DNA of 63,152 bases, counting the filler, from Choristocarpus tenellus KU-1152 (Eukaryota; Protista; Phaeophyceae): assembly GCA_964200185.2 (NCBI GenBank). It is 11 parts of 11 records of this genome, joined end to end, with 100 filler letters (N's around TTAATTAATTAA, not from the genome) between each part and the next. Parts side by side here need not be neighbours in the genome. Positions count along the whole stretch, not along the records: positions 23,400 to 31,595 come from CAXNAD020005015.1; positions 31,696 to 44,600 come from CAXNAD020001667.1; 9 more parts are not named here. The stretch is one strand, 5' to 3'. A program made the position numbers and the translations under genes. Positions within the stretch are counted from its first letter, which is position 1, and the number at the start of each line of letters is the position of its first letter. The notes beneath the pieces were generated by a model. The model saw only the letters and a program-made list of their open reading frames with translations, did not search any database and was not told the DNA's origin. This document shows, piece after piece, positions 26,453-39,700 of the stretch.

Positions 26453-26994
26453 TGTTACAGGCGAATAGTGCGAGCATTTCTTCTCATGTTTTAGCAAAAA
26501 CGAACATTTGTTACAGGCGAATAGTGCGAGCATTGTTTCTCGCGTTCTAACAAGCGCGAACAGTATACGAGATTCGTAACACATAGATAGTCTCACAGAA
26601 TAAATGTTGATTTCGCAGAAGATACAGAGGAAGATTCGTAATGCATACGTTAAATTACAGAAGAAAAAGTCAAAGTTCCTAAGAAGTTGCAGAATAAAGG
26701 TTTATGATTGGAGTACGTATACAGCAGTTGCATAGAAGAACAAAGAAATTGCGTCGATGAAGAAAATAATAAAAGGGCTTTTGGTTAAAATCATCACCTC
26801 TCTTAAACAGTCTTTTTATCTTGAACGAAACATTGAGTCGAGCTTTGAGCTAAGAACCGAGTGGAGTATCAAGAAAAGGCTGCCTGACACCCAACAAACT
26901 GTTACCAAGGGCGACTTCACCATAGTGTCGTTTTAAGGTCGTTGGATTTGAGTTATACATCCTGTGGAGGTGAGTTCTGGGGCACGCTGTAACA
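26453..26994 (-). mobile_element. Family D LTR copy with a duplicated terminus (26453 and 26509)
   Basis: The reverse complement aligns along its length with 14085-14591. Confidence 0.8.
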
Positions 26995-28356
26995 ACAGTG
27001 CCTCAGCTAGTGTAATTGTGAACGGAAAACTATTGTCCCCTATTCTTGGTTGTGGGTTGCGCTAGGCCACAATAGATGTCTCAATAGGAACTGCACTGAG
27101 GCGGAGAGTTTTTTTAAGGAGCTGGATCAGGGATTATCTTTGTGAGTAGACCATTATTATATTGAATTATTAATTTGTGTCCCTGAAAGCAAAAGGTTAA
27201 ATAATCTGTGTTTGTCAGAAAAGGATTGTCCACTTCCTTTCTGAGGAATCTGTATACTGTCTAATCCTTTCAATTTGGACGTGAAAACTCGATTTCTCAC
27301 CTTCAAGTAGTATTGTTGTTAGTAACCCTTATATCCGAAGTTCTGGAGTGATGAGGTTCAGTTTTCTTCCATTTCCAATCTTTTGGACTATGTGGAGTAG
27401 AAACTGTGTGCCCGCCTACGAGGAACACAGTCACCTCCCACCGGGTGAGCTCAAAACAAAGTCTTATTTGCTTAAGGGGCAAACCATTGAGAGGGTCGAG
27501 GGATCCCAACGATTTCCGGCTTAAGATAAAGGATTCAAACCTATAAATGACCATCCCGAGTATTCACATCAATTACTCTTTTTGCGGGTATGGTGAAAGC
27601 AAATTTGGAGATGAAAAATGAGGTGCATGGGGATCTTCTTCCGTTCGAAACTCGACAAAAAGGGATGAAGCCCTGACCATCCCATATGTGTATGGACCCA
27701 TCAAAATATCCATTTTGAGTGTGATAAAAAAATATGTGTGCACTTGGTAAGGAAAAAACGCCAACGACTTAGCGGGTAAATTATCCACGAGTTCGCCTTG
27801 GAAAAGGATTCAAAGCTTCATCTCTACCTCTTTTAGTGGAATCTGATGTTATATCAGGCCAGCAACCCACTTTGTGAGGAGTAGATGTAGTCACAGGGAC
27901 ATCACCTTGAGGGTTCGAAGCAAGAGCATGTTGAATAATGCTCTCGACAACAATGAATGGCGGCAATTGATTGAGCCAGGTGTATTTATGAATAGTGTGA
28001 CGGTTCTTCAGCTGTTGTGGCAGAGGGTGGTGGAGAAGATTGAGAAGACTCTGGCGTCGGTGCACCTTGGTCACAGGGAGCTTTTGAAGACATTAGCGTC
28101 AGTACACTTTGGTCAGGAGAAACATACAAATTGTGTTGTGACCTGTATGCTTCAATCATCTCTGGACACTGAGGAATTTCTTTTGCATTCCGCTAGACAT
28201 CACTAGCTGGAGCAAAACCTCTAAATCTAAGCTGGTATGAATAGATATGTGGGGATTTACGACCTACTCCAGGTTTATGACCTGCAATGCTCTCAAAAAA
28301 GTATGAGCCTAAAGTTCGTTGAACGCTCGAACCTTGTTCTATATCTGGTTCAGATA

Positions 28357-31300
28357 TTATTCTGCCCAAAAATAAAGAATTGGGTGAGTCAATGTGTAGT
28401 TAGGAGGGTAACCCTCTTTGTGTGGTTTAAGTCGTGCTATATGCACAGTGATGCCTCGACGGTCGGCCTGCGCCTTCACACGGTATACTACCGGAGTTGT
28501 CCTCTCTTTAACTTCATATGGTTCTCCTCTCCACGAGGACAGTAACTTAGGGTTAGGAGCGTCTGCGGAAGTGTGAGGTTTGTGTAGCCACACCTTAGCA
28601 CCAACTTCAAAAATAGAAATGGTGTGTTCAGTAGCCTTGGACGTGTTGCGCAAAGTCATCTCACCAATATTCTGTCTAGCCAGTTCATATATGCCAGTTG
28701 TAAGTTATCAACTATTTGCTTACGGTACTCCTGGGTAAAAATAGGCATGGCCTCTGGTTCTCCCAAAATGATATCGATTGGTAATGTGGGACGTCTCCCA
28801 AACATTGAATAAAAAAAGGTTGTTTCTTGTACAGTTGTGTTATAAGTGGTATTGTGAGCCAGTTGCACAAAAAGCAATAATGACGCCAATCCGATTGCTT
28901 CATATTGGAATACATAACTAGCATGCCATGCATTGTCTTATGAATCCTTTCAAGAATGCTATTGCCTAGATACGGTGTTGTTTTTGTTTTCTTGTATCCA
29001 TAGATCTTTTGAAGTTCTAGGATCAGTTTATTTTCGAATTCCTTACCCTGGACTGAGTGTAAGGTTTCTGGGGCGCCAAAAATAGAAAACACTCGTTCTG
29101 TTAATACTTTTGCTACAATTGCCTCTCGTTTGTTGGCGATAGCACTGAGCAAAGCAAACCTCGTTAAATGGTCGACAGCAGACAAGACGTACGTATTTTT
29201 CTCTGGTTGAGTTTTGTACTTTACCAAATCAATGCCACTCTCTGGAATGGGCTTGTTACTAGCATATGCCCTGGAGGGTTTGATAGGTTAGAAGAGGGTG
29301 TCTTGAGGCTCTAGCATGATCGACATGTTTCACACCAAGCTCGAACATCTTATATGTAAAGTGGGCCACCAAAAACGGTCATGAATCCGGTCAAAAGTGT
29401 GTTTGAATGCAAGGTGTCCTGAGATCTTACGATCATAAAGGGCATGGAGTATTATTAAACCTTGTACCTCAGTGGGTACCACTAATTGATCTGAGAATTT
29501 ATCGTTCTTTCAAAGGTGACCGGGTTGATACGATTTGTACATCTATTTGCCTTCTATTTCTTGTGTGAAAAAGTAAGATGGTATACATTGTTTCGTTTTT
29601 TGGTAAAAAAAGGACATTTTCTGGATTAGCCAAATATTTGAAATAGTCTCCATATTGAGTTTGTTGAGCTTTGAATAGTGTACTTCAGGATCCACTGTTG
29701 GGAAAACATTAACGGCGCCAGCGAATAGTTCCGTATCGTTTTGTACTCTGGTAATCTCACCTATTTTATCCACTGATAGATCATATGCAGGGTAAACCTT
29801 GGGTGTGGAGACATCCGACTCTGTTTGACCTATATTGCGGCACAGTGGGGCTAGTGGAAGTGGGTTTTTCATCCAACATAAATTCCTCCAACCGTGTCCG
29901 GGATAACATAACCGGAATTGTAGTGAAAACGTCCCGATTAATGTAAAACTGTTAAATCAAAAGCTTGCAAGAGGCAAAGGCCCACCTGGTCAACATATTG
30001 GAAATATCTTGCATTGTATGTAACCAACGAAATACCGAATGATAACTTACAACTGTAAAGCGCTTACCCAAAATATATGGGTGCCAATGTGTTACGAACA
30101 AGGATGACAGCCAGATATTCCTTCTGAGTCGCTGAATGTTGTCTATGGGTTGGCATAAAAAGAGCACTATGGTAGGCTACAATTTGGAAACAATCGTCCT
30201 CATTTTTATGTGCCAAGAAAGCTCCCATGCCAAAATCGCTAGCGTCCACGTGAAAAAAGAACTCCCGCGTAAAATCTGGAAAGCATAACATTGGCGCCAT
30301 AGTTAATAGACGTTTACACTCATTAAAATAATTATGCTGTGGTCGTCCCCATAGTTGAGATAGACTTTTGTCCCTTACAGACTTTTTTGTACTTTTCCTT
30401 GTAATTAACATCAGGGGTTCGGTTACTGTAGCCAAATAGGGAATGTATTCCTAACAAAGTTATGGAACCTACAAAGGATCGCAATTCTTTCACAGATTTA
30501 GGAGCTTTCAGAGCGGTAATGGCTCAAGGTATCTGGGGGGGGGTGGCGGCTGTCCATTTGCGATCAATTTTTTCATGTCACGATTTTTTGGTGATTTGGT
30601 TGGATACGTCGGATGGATAATGATATTGTAAATGCACGTTTCCTGATTTTGACCCAAATGGACACCCTGGTGAAGACCCCCCCCCCATATATTTTGGGTC
30701 AATAGCCTGGATTCGATCTGGTGACACAGCATTACCACTGGGACTGACTTCATGTCCCAAATATTGAATTGATTTTGAGCCAAATTGGGCTTTAGGTGGT
30801 TTCAGGGTAACTCCTACTTGCTGCAGTAACGATTCACAGGAACTGTACCTGGTTTGAGTGGAAGTTCAACACTGGTATTATTGCAACAGCCTAGTTCCTC
30901 AGAAGTGAGTGAAAATACAGGTCGATATTTAGCGACAAGGTCAAGCAGTTCTTGTTCATTATCAGATAACACTGTATATCTACCAGGACGTTTTTACCGA
31001 AAACGTTTTTTAACTCATCATGGGCTTGTTTAAGCTCCTCTGGATTGTTTGGAGTAGCCGCTATGGTACTGGTCTGTACTTCAGAAGGGTGTGAATTTGA
31101 TCCACTGGTGCTATATGACCTACATCAAATTAAGGAGGTATCTTAACACCTTGATTAGAAGGGCTGGCAAGTTCGACTTGGCAAAATCCATCCTCTTCCC
31201 AAACAAATAAAGATCGACTGACCGTGATATCTTTCCATGGAGAGTGGTGGTGTTCCTGATTGATGAAGTCCATGCTCATCTTGACAATGGGCTCCACTAC

Positions 31301-31400
31301 AGCATCTTTGGCTGATCCAGGTAAGGACCGAGAACACAATGAAACAATAGTTTCGGTTCCCGGGGGTAAATATGTTTTATGTCTTACATATACAGGTATT
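28357..31400 (-). mobile_element. Decayed Ty3/Gypsy pol (RT ends, RNase H, integrase) with the RT core deleted
   Basis: Integrase YVLSAVDHLTRF...FGAPETLHS.QGKEF...ERIHKT; RNase H APMLCFPDF...VDASDFG; RT end IQYLGHEVS. The RT-RH-IN order is Gypsy-type. Confidence 0.92.
30521..30700 (+). mobile_element. MITE family A (Harbinger/Tourist-like), inserted in the Gypsy RT
   Basis: TIR GGCTCAAGGTATCTGGGGGG / (rc) GACCCAAAATATATGGGGGG; 3-bp TSD AAT. Confidence 0.85.
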
Positions 31401-33777
31401 GATAGTGAACTCAGTTGAAACTGTAGCCACTGTCATGTCTGTTTAAAAGTGCTCCCAGAAAAATGCTATTTCTTCTCTATCCCAATCCAACTTTGCCCTA
31501 ACAGCAGCCATGAGAGTGAAAGTATCTTAAAGGGTACGAGTTTTGCCCTGTTTGTCTGTTTGGGCCTTGACTTCCCATGGGTTTTTATGACACTTNNNNN
31601 NNNNNNNNNNNNNNNNNNNNNNNNNNNNNNNNNNNNNNNTTAATTAATTAANNNNNNNNNNNNNNNNNNNNNNNNNNNNNNNNNNNNNNNNNNNNCTCGA
31701 GTTTGTACCTGATGATCCTCGACCCCCACCTTTTCTGAAAGCTGAGATTGTCAACCCGATTTCATTCTGTGGGGTTATCGTCCGATTTGGCGCCGTGCTC
31801 ACTCAGCGAGCCCAGATGTTTCACGGCACAAACTTATGGCACAGAGGTAGTATATTTTAGAACGTCCATTCCCACTCTCAAGATATCCGTCAATTTGAGA
31901 CAATTTGAGAGTTTACAGACCAGAGCAGGGGCTCTGTTGTCGGATTTCAGCGCTTCAGCATTGTCGTCCTAACAGGGAGATGCCCAATCACAACAGAAAC
32001 ATCCTATAGTGTGCCCAAGATAGTAATTCACGCAGTCAAGAACCTAGATAGTAGCAATTGGAATTGTCCTCTGCCATACTTACTACTACTTGAGTTCCTA
32101 CTACTAGCCCTGTTACTACTTTGACAAGGATGACAGAAATTTGTTGAAGGGGGCGCGATACTCAGGCATCAAGGAGGAGGCAATATATTGATCTGTGTCG
32201 GTTGTTGACCTCCTGTCTTCACAATCCATTTGTAGTCAAGATATCAGGACAACCCCCACACCACAAAAAAAACACTGTACCCCCCCCTCCCCTCCCTTGC
32301 GTCATAAATAGTGTTATTATTACTGTTTGTGACTCTGCATTCAATAGTCCAAGTTCATAAATAATTCCCGCAGATTGATGTTGTAGCTGCATACATTTAT
32401 CTGGGATTTTGGTGGCATATGGGGGAGTGTGCAGATTCAGGCGACAGAATGCTGTTTGATGTTGTTACTGTGTGGTGGGGTGAGTGACCGTTGTTGCCAT
32501 GTAGTATTGGCACAGCTGACATCGAGTAATTTGACTTCATGCATCCCCTCAACATTACACCCACTCCGTACTTCAGTACTACTAGTTCTATCACTAGTTC
32601 TTTCTTACTCTTTTACTCCTCTATTCTTGTTCTCCATATTTTTCTACAACAGCAGCACTATTGCTGTTGCTAATGTTCTGCTGATATTCTCACTACTACT
32701 ACACAATAATAAACTGTGAACAATTAAGAGTAACACTGGACTCCAGTGTCGAGAGTTCATTATAATATAGAGATTCAAAAAATATGAATCCATCTTTATT
32801 CTTCGTAACAATCAACCCCTCAGCCACATATTCTTGAGCCTTCCCTCTAAGATATGAGTGAGCAACAGTCTGTCTCAGATACTGCAGCACAAGAAGTAGA
32901 TAATGTCTCCGGTCATGAAGAAGCACAGTGAAGATAAGTCGAAATTCCGCGCCTCCAAAAAATTGGCCACAGACCAGGCAAATTGTAGCAAGTACAAAGT
33001 AATTTGTTGTTAGTAACCCACAGAAGAGGATTGATTTGGTGGCAAGGAACACCCCACCCTTGGGGTTGAAGGTTCACTCCTCCTTTCTCCTTCCTTACTT
33101 CATTTACAACCTGTCCAACCCAACAAGGAATGAATCAAGTCATTTACATACACATGTCTTCGGAACATCAGATTCGACACACTGTTTCCCCAATAGGGTG
33201 TTACTAGATTTCTTTAAAATGTATCCCTAAACAGATGAAACTTTACAAACAAGACAATCGCTGTCTTTCTGGCTAAGCTAGAGGTTTACCACTTTTCTTT
33301 GTACGATGCGCAGAACATCACTCAATCTCTAGGAAAACCTCTGTGTATGAAGAAGTTTCTATTCACTCTACGGCACTGCATGGATATGTATATACTGTAC
33401 GATATCGGTTTTTCAGCTGAAAAGGGGCATCTACTACGTACACTATAATGGTCCTACTTGTCATCACCAACCTTGCATCTTATTGTAAAGCCTGATTGTA
33501 GTGCACATAGATGCCATTGGGGCATCAATGGGGTACAGAGTCCAATGACTTGAACAATATGAAGAGCATCAATAACCTTGGGTGCTGCATCCAATAAACG
33601 CTCAAGGCAAAATGCTTGCCATTGTAGTGAACTATGTACAATGAAATTTCCATACCCAAGTAACCCCACTTGGAGTGGCAACTGCTTGTGCTTCAGTTAT
33701 GGTGTAGAGTAGCCTGTCCTTGAAGACCTCCTTTCAGTGCCTACTCGGATGACAGATACGTAAATCTATGAAAATGT

Positions 33778-36700
33778 TCATAGAGGCGACCCCTTGTTCA
33801 GATCCTCCTTGCGGATCTTGGGCACCCAAGCCCACACCATTTCTGACTTGATAGGCTCTTTCCCTGTTTCATCTGTCACAACCACCTTGGAGAGTTAAAT
33901 GAAGGTTTGAAAATGTTGGGTGAGGAGGGGGGAGCTCATTCATGAGATGGAAGTTGGAATTAATATCCGGAAAATATATACGAGGATAATCTACCCTTCA
34001 GAGTACACGATTCAGTGGAAGGACTACTTGCTACAGTGGATGAAAACATGGCACTAACTTTTCGATACACGGCCAATTTTGACTACTGCGAATATGCTGA
34101 AGAGCATAATATCCCTACATTTGTGCTCCAGTTAATGGAAGTATGATGGCAACATGCATGTTTACCCAGAATCTACATGAATACCAACGATCAGACTTCA
34201 CATCACCTGCACAATAACATATCCCCATCTATATTGTCTTCAAGGCATCAAACTTGAAGAACCTCCCCACAATTCCGACAAATAGGAGGATCGATTAAAT
34301 TGATCTTTCTGCACCATTTTATTCAACTTAACTTTCACATCAATGCATCGGGTGAAGGAGGTGGAGTGTATTCCTCTAACTTCATATTTCAGCAGTGTAC
34401 AATCACAACCCTTGTGCTGAAGCGGGAAAGCGACTATAATATTGGCATGGTGTAAGAGAGTGGTGAGATTCCCTTCAACGCACACTCTCCTTTTGAAAAG
34501 GCAACCCAACTCCTACTGTTCATCATTGCACCAAACTTCCATACATTCCAACTACAACAGTTGTAGAAGCATATCTCATATATTCTTATTGATTATACTC
34601 TACAGGTTCATAATCGACAACTGGATAGGCCAAGCTGAGGCAACGGAGGCTGTTCACCAAAACATGGAAGTGGGAATAGACAAGGTTTTCTACATTGCGG
34701 AATTTTGAGAGAAGGGAGGGGAGATCATGAGCACATTGGGGATTGGGAGGGGGCACATCCAAGTGGCATCAGATAAGAGGTGCAAGATTGTTAGAACACA
34801 ACTAGACCAGACGAAACTTGACACCTATACACAGTACTACTCTTTAAGAAATGTGGCCTTCCATCAGGACCTGTTGGCTTGGGTATGGATGAACTTTGGG
34901 ATGGAATTCTCATTTGAAGGTCTGGATGGCACTCTGAAACAACTGGGCTGTGCAGAAAAGGGGTCGAATGAAGATCCCACCTCTGGCAGGGGAGAGGAAA
35001 GCACATACACACATATTCGTAGGTTCCTGGCTGAATACTTGTCCGTTCTCTACGGAGGAAGTTGAAGGGAACATTGTTATTATCAACATCTATGGGTTGC
35101 TTAGTCATCAGCTGCAAAGGTCAGCATTGCACAACAATAATCTTAGACCTGTGTATATTATTATCTCACTGAGATATGTCTCACACCATGGATAGGTACA
35201 ACAATCAAGCAAAAGAGTGAAAACAATGATTCCCCAAGAAACAAAAATGCTCCCCTCATCCAGATTATGCACCCAAATGTATGCTACAGTGTGCATTGGA
35301 GATGCTACAATCATTACTTTCCACCAAGATGAACAGTTACCATGTCCTCTGTCAGCCATATGGTCATGACCCAGCCTGTTGCCTGTTCATGTTGAAACAG
35401 TCAATGCCTATGGACTCGGTCATGCTCCAACTTGGTTGTACATGGCTGGTCAGCAGCCCAGTCATGTTGAAACGATATATGGCCATGAACTCTCAGTCAT
35501 GTCCAAACTTGGTTGCACACAGCCAGTTGGCAGCCGTGGTCATATTGAAACAGTTGATGGCCATGGACTCAGCCATGTTACAACGTTTCATCTATGGCCA
35601 GTCAGGTGATCTATTTTTCACACTCAGGGCGAACACATCATGACCATGCCTTCCTGTTCACCACTCTACTTATACCTTGTATCCCATACTACTAATGGAA
35701 GTACTAAATATAGTATACATTGATATTTCTATTACTTTCTACTCCCTCTGTTTGGATTGATTTAACACACATGTTTTATGGGGGCGCATGGTTTCTGGCT
35801 TGGGTGTCCTAAATTATTGTTCGGCGATACACATGTTATTGGACATATTAAGAGCTTTCAAATAACCCCCTAAGCAACGTCTGAGGGTTTGCTGTTCTCA
35901 AGGATGGTGCCGGTGAAGGTAGAGCACCTTGTTGCACAGTGTGAAAATTGGGTCTGAAAGCATGAAATCGTGCAGTTACATTTGGTTGCCTTCCTATTGA
36001 GAAGGGTGATTGCAACACACCAGAATTTCAAATTCTCAAGACTGGCTGAACCAATCAACACCATACTTTGCACATTGGGAAAGGCAAAAGACATCCCGAT
36101 GTACAAGCAGCAAGCTGTCATTGGAGAGTACTTTCAGCTGCTCAAGATATGTGGCAGGGTCCAACAAGGCACCCAATCACAAATTGCACAAAAGTACGGA
36201 ATGGCCACAACAACGATGACTCGGTTGGTGAGGGGGGCATCACAGAGCTGCGATAATGGGGAGGACAAGGGTTTAGCCTCTGGTCACAATGGACGACCAA
36301 GAACCATTCCACAAGATGATATTGATGCGATTAAAGCAGTCCATGTGTTGGAACGAACCAGTCAGAGGAGACGGAGGTTAAACCATATCAAAGAGTCATC
36401 AAGCCCTTCCTCTCCGACCAACACAAGGTGGATAGGGTGACCTTTGTCATGAGACGCATCCTGAAAAAGGGTATGAGGCACATGTTTGAGCCCATGTTTG
36501 ACTGTGTCCACCTCGACGAAATTTTTTTTGACCTGGTTTCTGAACGACAAAGGGTTTACATCAAGCCTGGGGAGGCACCACCTAAGTATCCTCGCATCAC
36601 AAGCAAGCCATACATTCCAAAAGTGATTTTTCAGACCGCGAACACATGCCCCCATGTTTTGGAGGATGGAACTTGATGGGATGAGAAGATAGGCATTTGG

Positions 36701-39700
36701 CCACTGACAGAGCGAGTTGCAGCAAGATGAGTATCCTGTAATTGCACCTTAGGTACCATTGAGACAAAGACTGTCAACATGACTGGTGAACTTTATGATA
36801 AAATGCTCACAGAGAAGGTCTTGCCAGCTTTAGTGTCTTACCCATGTCTGTTGAAGCAGGATATTGTTTTCCTTCAGAATGATAATGCAAGGTCACATGC
36901 AGCATCTGCCGAGAAAGCAGTGGATGATTGGGCCACTGCTAGAGGCTTCTCAGTATGTGTGCTCAAGCAACCTGCCCAGTCCCTGGATTTGAACACTCCG
37001 AACCTCGGATTTTTCCAATCTCTGCAGACCAGGGCAGGGTGCCTTCGCTCGGACAACATTAAGGAACTGGTACAAAATGTGGTGAAGAGATGTGAAGAGT
37101 ATGATACTGAGACCCATACCAAGGTCTGGCAGAGTCTCTTCGCACAGTACAAGGCTGTGTTGAACCACTCAGAAAATAACAATATAAAGGGAGTGCGCAA
37201 GACGCAGGAGGATATGCAGATTGTAGTTGATGTAGATGCGTCTTTGGTGGCCAAGAGAATGGCTTTCCTGAAGGGTGAGGGGAAGACCATAGAGCTTGGG
37301 ATGTACTGACTCGTTTTCCACTAAATTTCAAACAGACCTTAATGACAATGTATACAAATACATCCTATCTCCCCAGACCTTCATTATCCCAGGGTATGGC
37401 ATACCACCCTTCCAAACTCATAGGTGTTTAATCAACCCAAATAGAGGGAATATTTTACACTATTAGGGAAAACTAAAAAGCTCAAAATTTAACACAAATA
37501 CATAGTGATGTGTTCAGTGCTTGGGTGGCTAGGTGATCGACAACTTCAAGATGCATTTTCACACTCATTCATCAAGGGTCAAATGTATAAATGGTAAATA
37601 TGTAAAACAAAAATCTACGCATACATAGATGTCCCTCGGAATAATTGTTCATGAATTAAACCAAGAAAGTCCAGAGCTGATTCGAAAGAGTTCTATCCAT
37701 TATGCATGTTCTGGACTATAACACAATCTTCAACATGAACATGCACACATCTTTCACCGTTGGATATGGTCCAGACATGGCAGAAAGAAGTTAGACTGGC
37801 CAACGGCCATGGCCTGGACATGCAAAAAAAAATCAAGATTGGTCGACTCGTGGACACGGAATGGTACAACTTAACCCAATGGACATGGTCTAGACATGAT
37901 AAGGAATGCTCAAGCCATTCCAGCCAACGGACATGGACCGGGACAATATCTAGTGGACACGGTCTAGGACATGTTGGAGAATGTCTGACCAGGGTCCAGG
38001 TGGCAGACAAGGACCATATCAATACCTAGTGGACGTGGACCTTACCAGTACCTAGTGGACATGGACCATATCAATACCTAGTGGACATGGACCATATCAA
38101 TACCTAGTGGACATGGACCATATCAATACCTAGTGGACATGGACCATATCAATACCTAGTGGACATGGACCTTATCAATACCTAGTGGACATGGACCATA
38201 TCAATACCTAGTGGACATGGACCACATCAGTACCTAGTGGACATGGACCTTACCAGTACCTAGTGGACATGGACCATATCAATACCTAGTGGACATGGAC
38301 CTTATCAGTACCTAGTGGACATGGACCATATCAATACCTAGTGGACATGGACCATATCAATACCTAGTGGACATGAACCTTATCAATACCTAGTGGACAT
38401 GGACCATATCAATACCTAGTGGACATGGACCAGGACATGTCAAATAATTGTGGAACAGTCCTGCCGGCAGATGGGACCATTCTAATTTGCCGAACCAGTG
38501 AAAAGCCCTGGCTGCAATAGCTTGGCTGATAGGTTAGGATGTCAAGTCTCATTCAATGTATATTTCACGGGATGGATGGAGCCGTAGTCGGGTTGTTGTT
38601 TTCTTAATACCTCCAGCCTACTTTGGGATTCGAAGTCATTACTCTAAAGTGATCTTTAAGTGCCTTACATCTTGGTTTCCATATGGGACTTGGGACCTCG
38701 AATGTGTAAATATTGACCTAACTCAAAAAATGGCAGGAGTTCCATTCTTTCTACTCATGGAGTCCATCTGCATTAGCAGTTGATGATAGGATAATCCAAT
38801 TAACTTTCTGTCCTTTCATACAATATTACTGTGTCAAGTTAGATTGGTCAGGATACCTTGACACATAACGATATCGAGTCAAAGTATCTTAGGGTTAGGG
38901 TTAGGGTAGAGTCGCGTCCATTTGGGAGCCAAAATCCAATGTTGCGATTTTGATGTAATTTTGGATATCGCCTTTGCTAGGAAGTGTCAATGTCTTTGTT
39001 CCGGACACACCTTTTCATAATGTATACATCTTACCTACTCCGAAACATTTCAGAGTGGTAAAACGCCATAAAAAAACCCGTGGGAAGCCAAGCCCCAAAC
39101 AGACAAGCAGGGCAAAACTCGTACCCTCTAAGATACTTTCACTCACCATGCATGTCACCATAGAACAATAATCATCACTGCATTCGATGTCACCCACAAT
39201 GCTTCTAGAAGCTATTACTTGCCCCGGAACTTCTCGATCTTGACATTGCTGTCAATGCAATAATATTAGTGTTGTGAACTGCAACAGTCTGATCTGCTTC
39301 AATCGAAAAAATTGAGATTAAACAATATCATAACCTCAAAATATGAACATCTAAAACTATGGGGCGAAACAATGGAAGAAGGGTACAAAACTTTGAAGAA
39401 CCCATCTTTACTTTTAACAGGACAATCCTCCGCCACATATCTTCAGCCTTCCTTAGGAGCATGACATGTATCACCAATATCCTGTCTCAGATACTGGAGG
39501 AGATCACGCCTCTGGAGATGAAAGTGCACAAAGAAGAGCATAGTAAGTCAAAGTTTGCTTCTCCAAAAGGTACCCATCCCAACTGAATGGCCTCTTGCCC
39601 CACAGAGCCACGTGCCACTTGGCAAACTGTGTGTGCTTCGTGTGTGTCCCCTCATGCACCAACAGTATAACCAAGCAATCCAAAGTCTTCTAGCCAACAT

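Larger units (their letters stand above)
35312..38510. mobile_element. Non-autonomous hAT-like element hosting the mariner and the satellite
   Basis: 8-bp target duplication GCTACAAT / GCTGCAAT; right terminus (rc) CAGGGCTTTTCAC, left terminus degenerate; subterminal CCATGG/GGACATGG repeats; homologous copy at 45606-46550. Confidence 0.7.

Noticed and set aside
33450-33890. Copia integrase relic
   Set aside because: The best-looking part is explained by the last DUF4442 exon and its 3' UTR.
38011-38430. CRISPR-like regular array
   Set aside because: Units are contiguous with no unique spacers, the context is eukaryotic and there are no cas genes.
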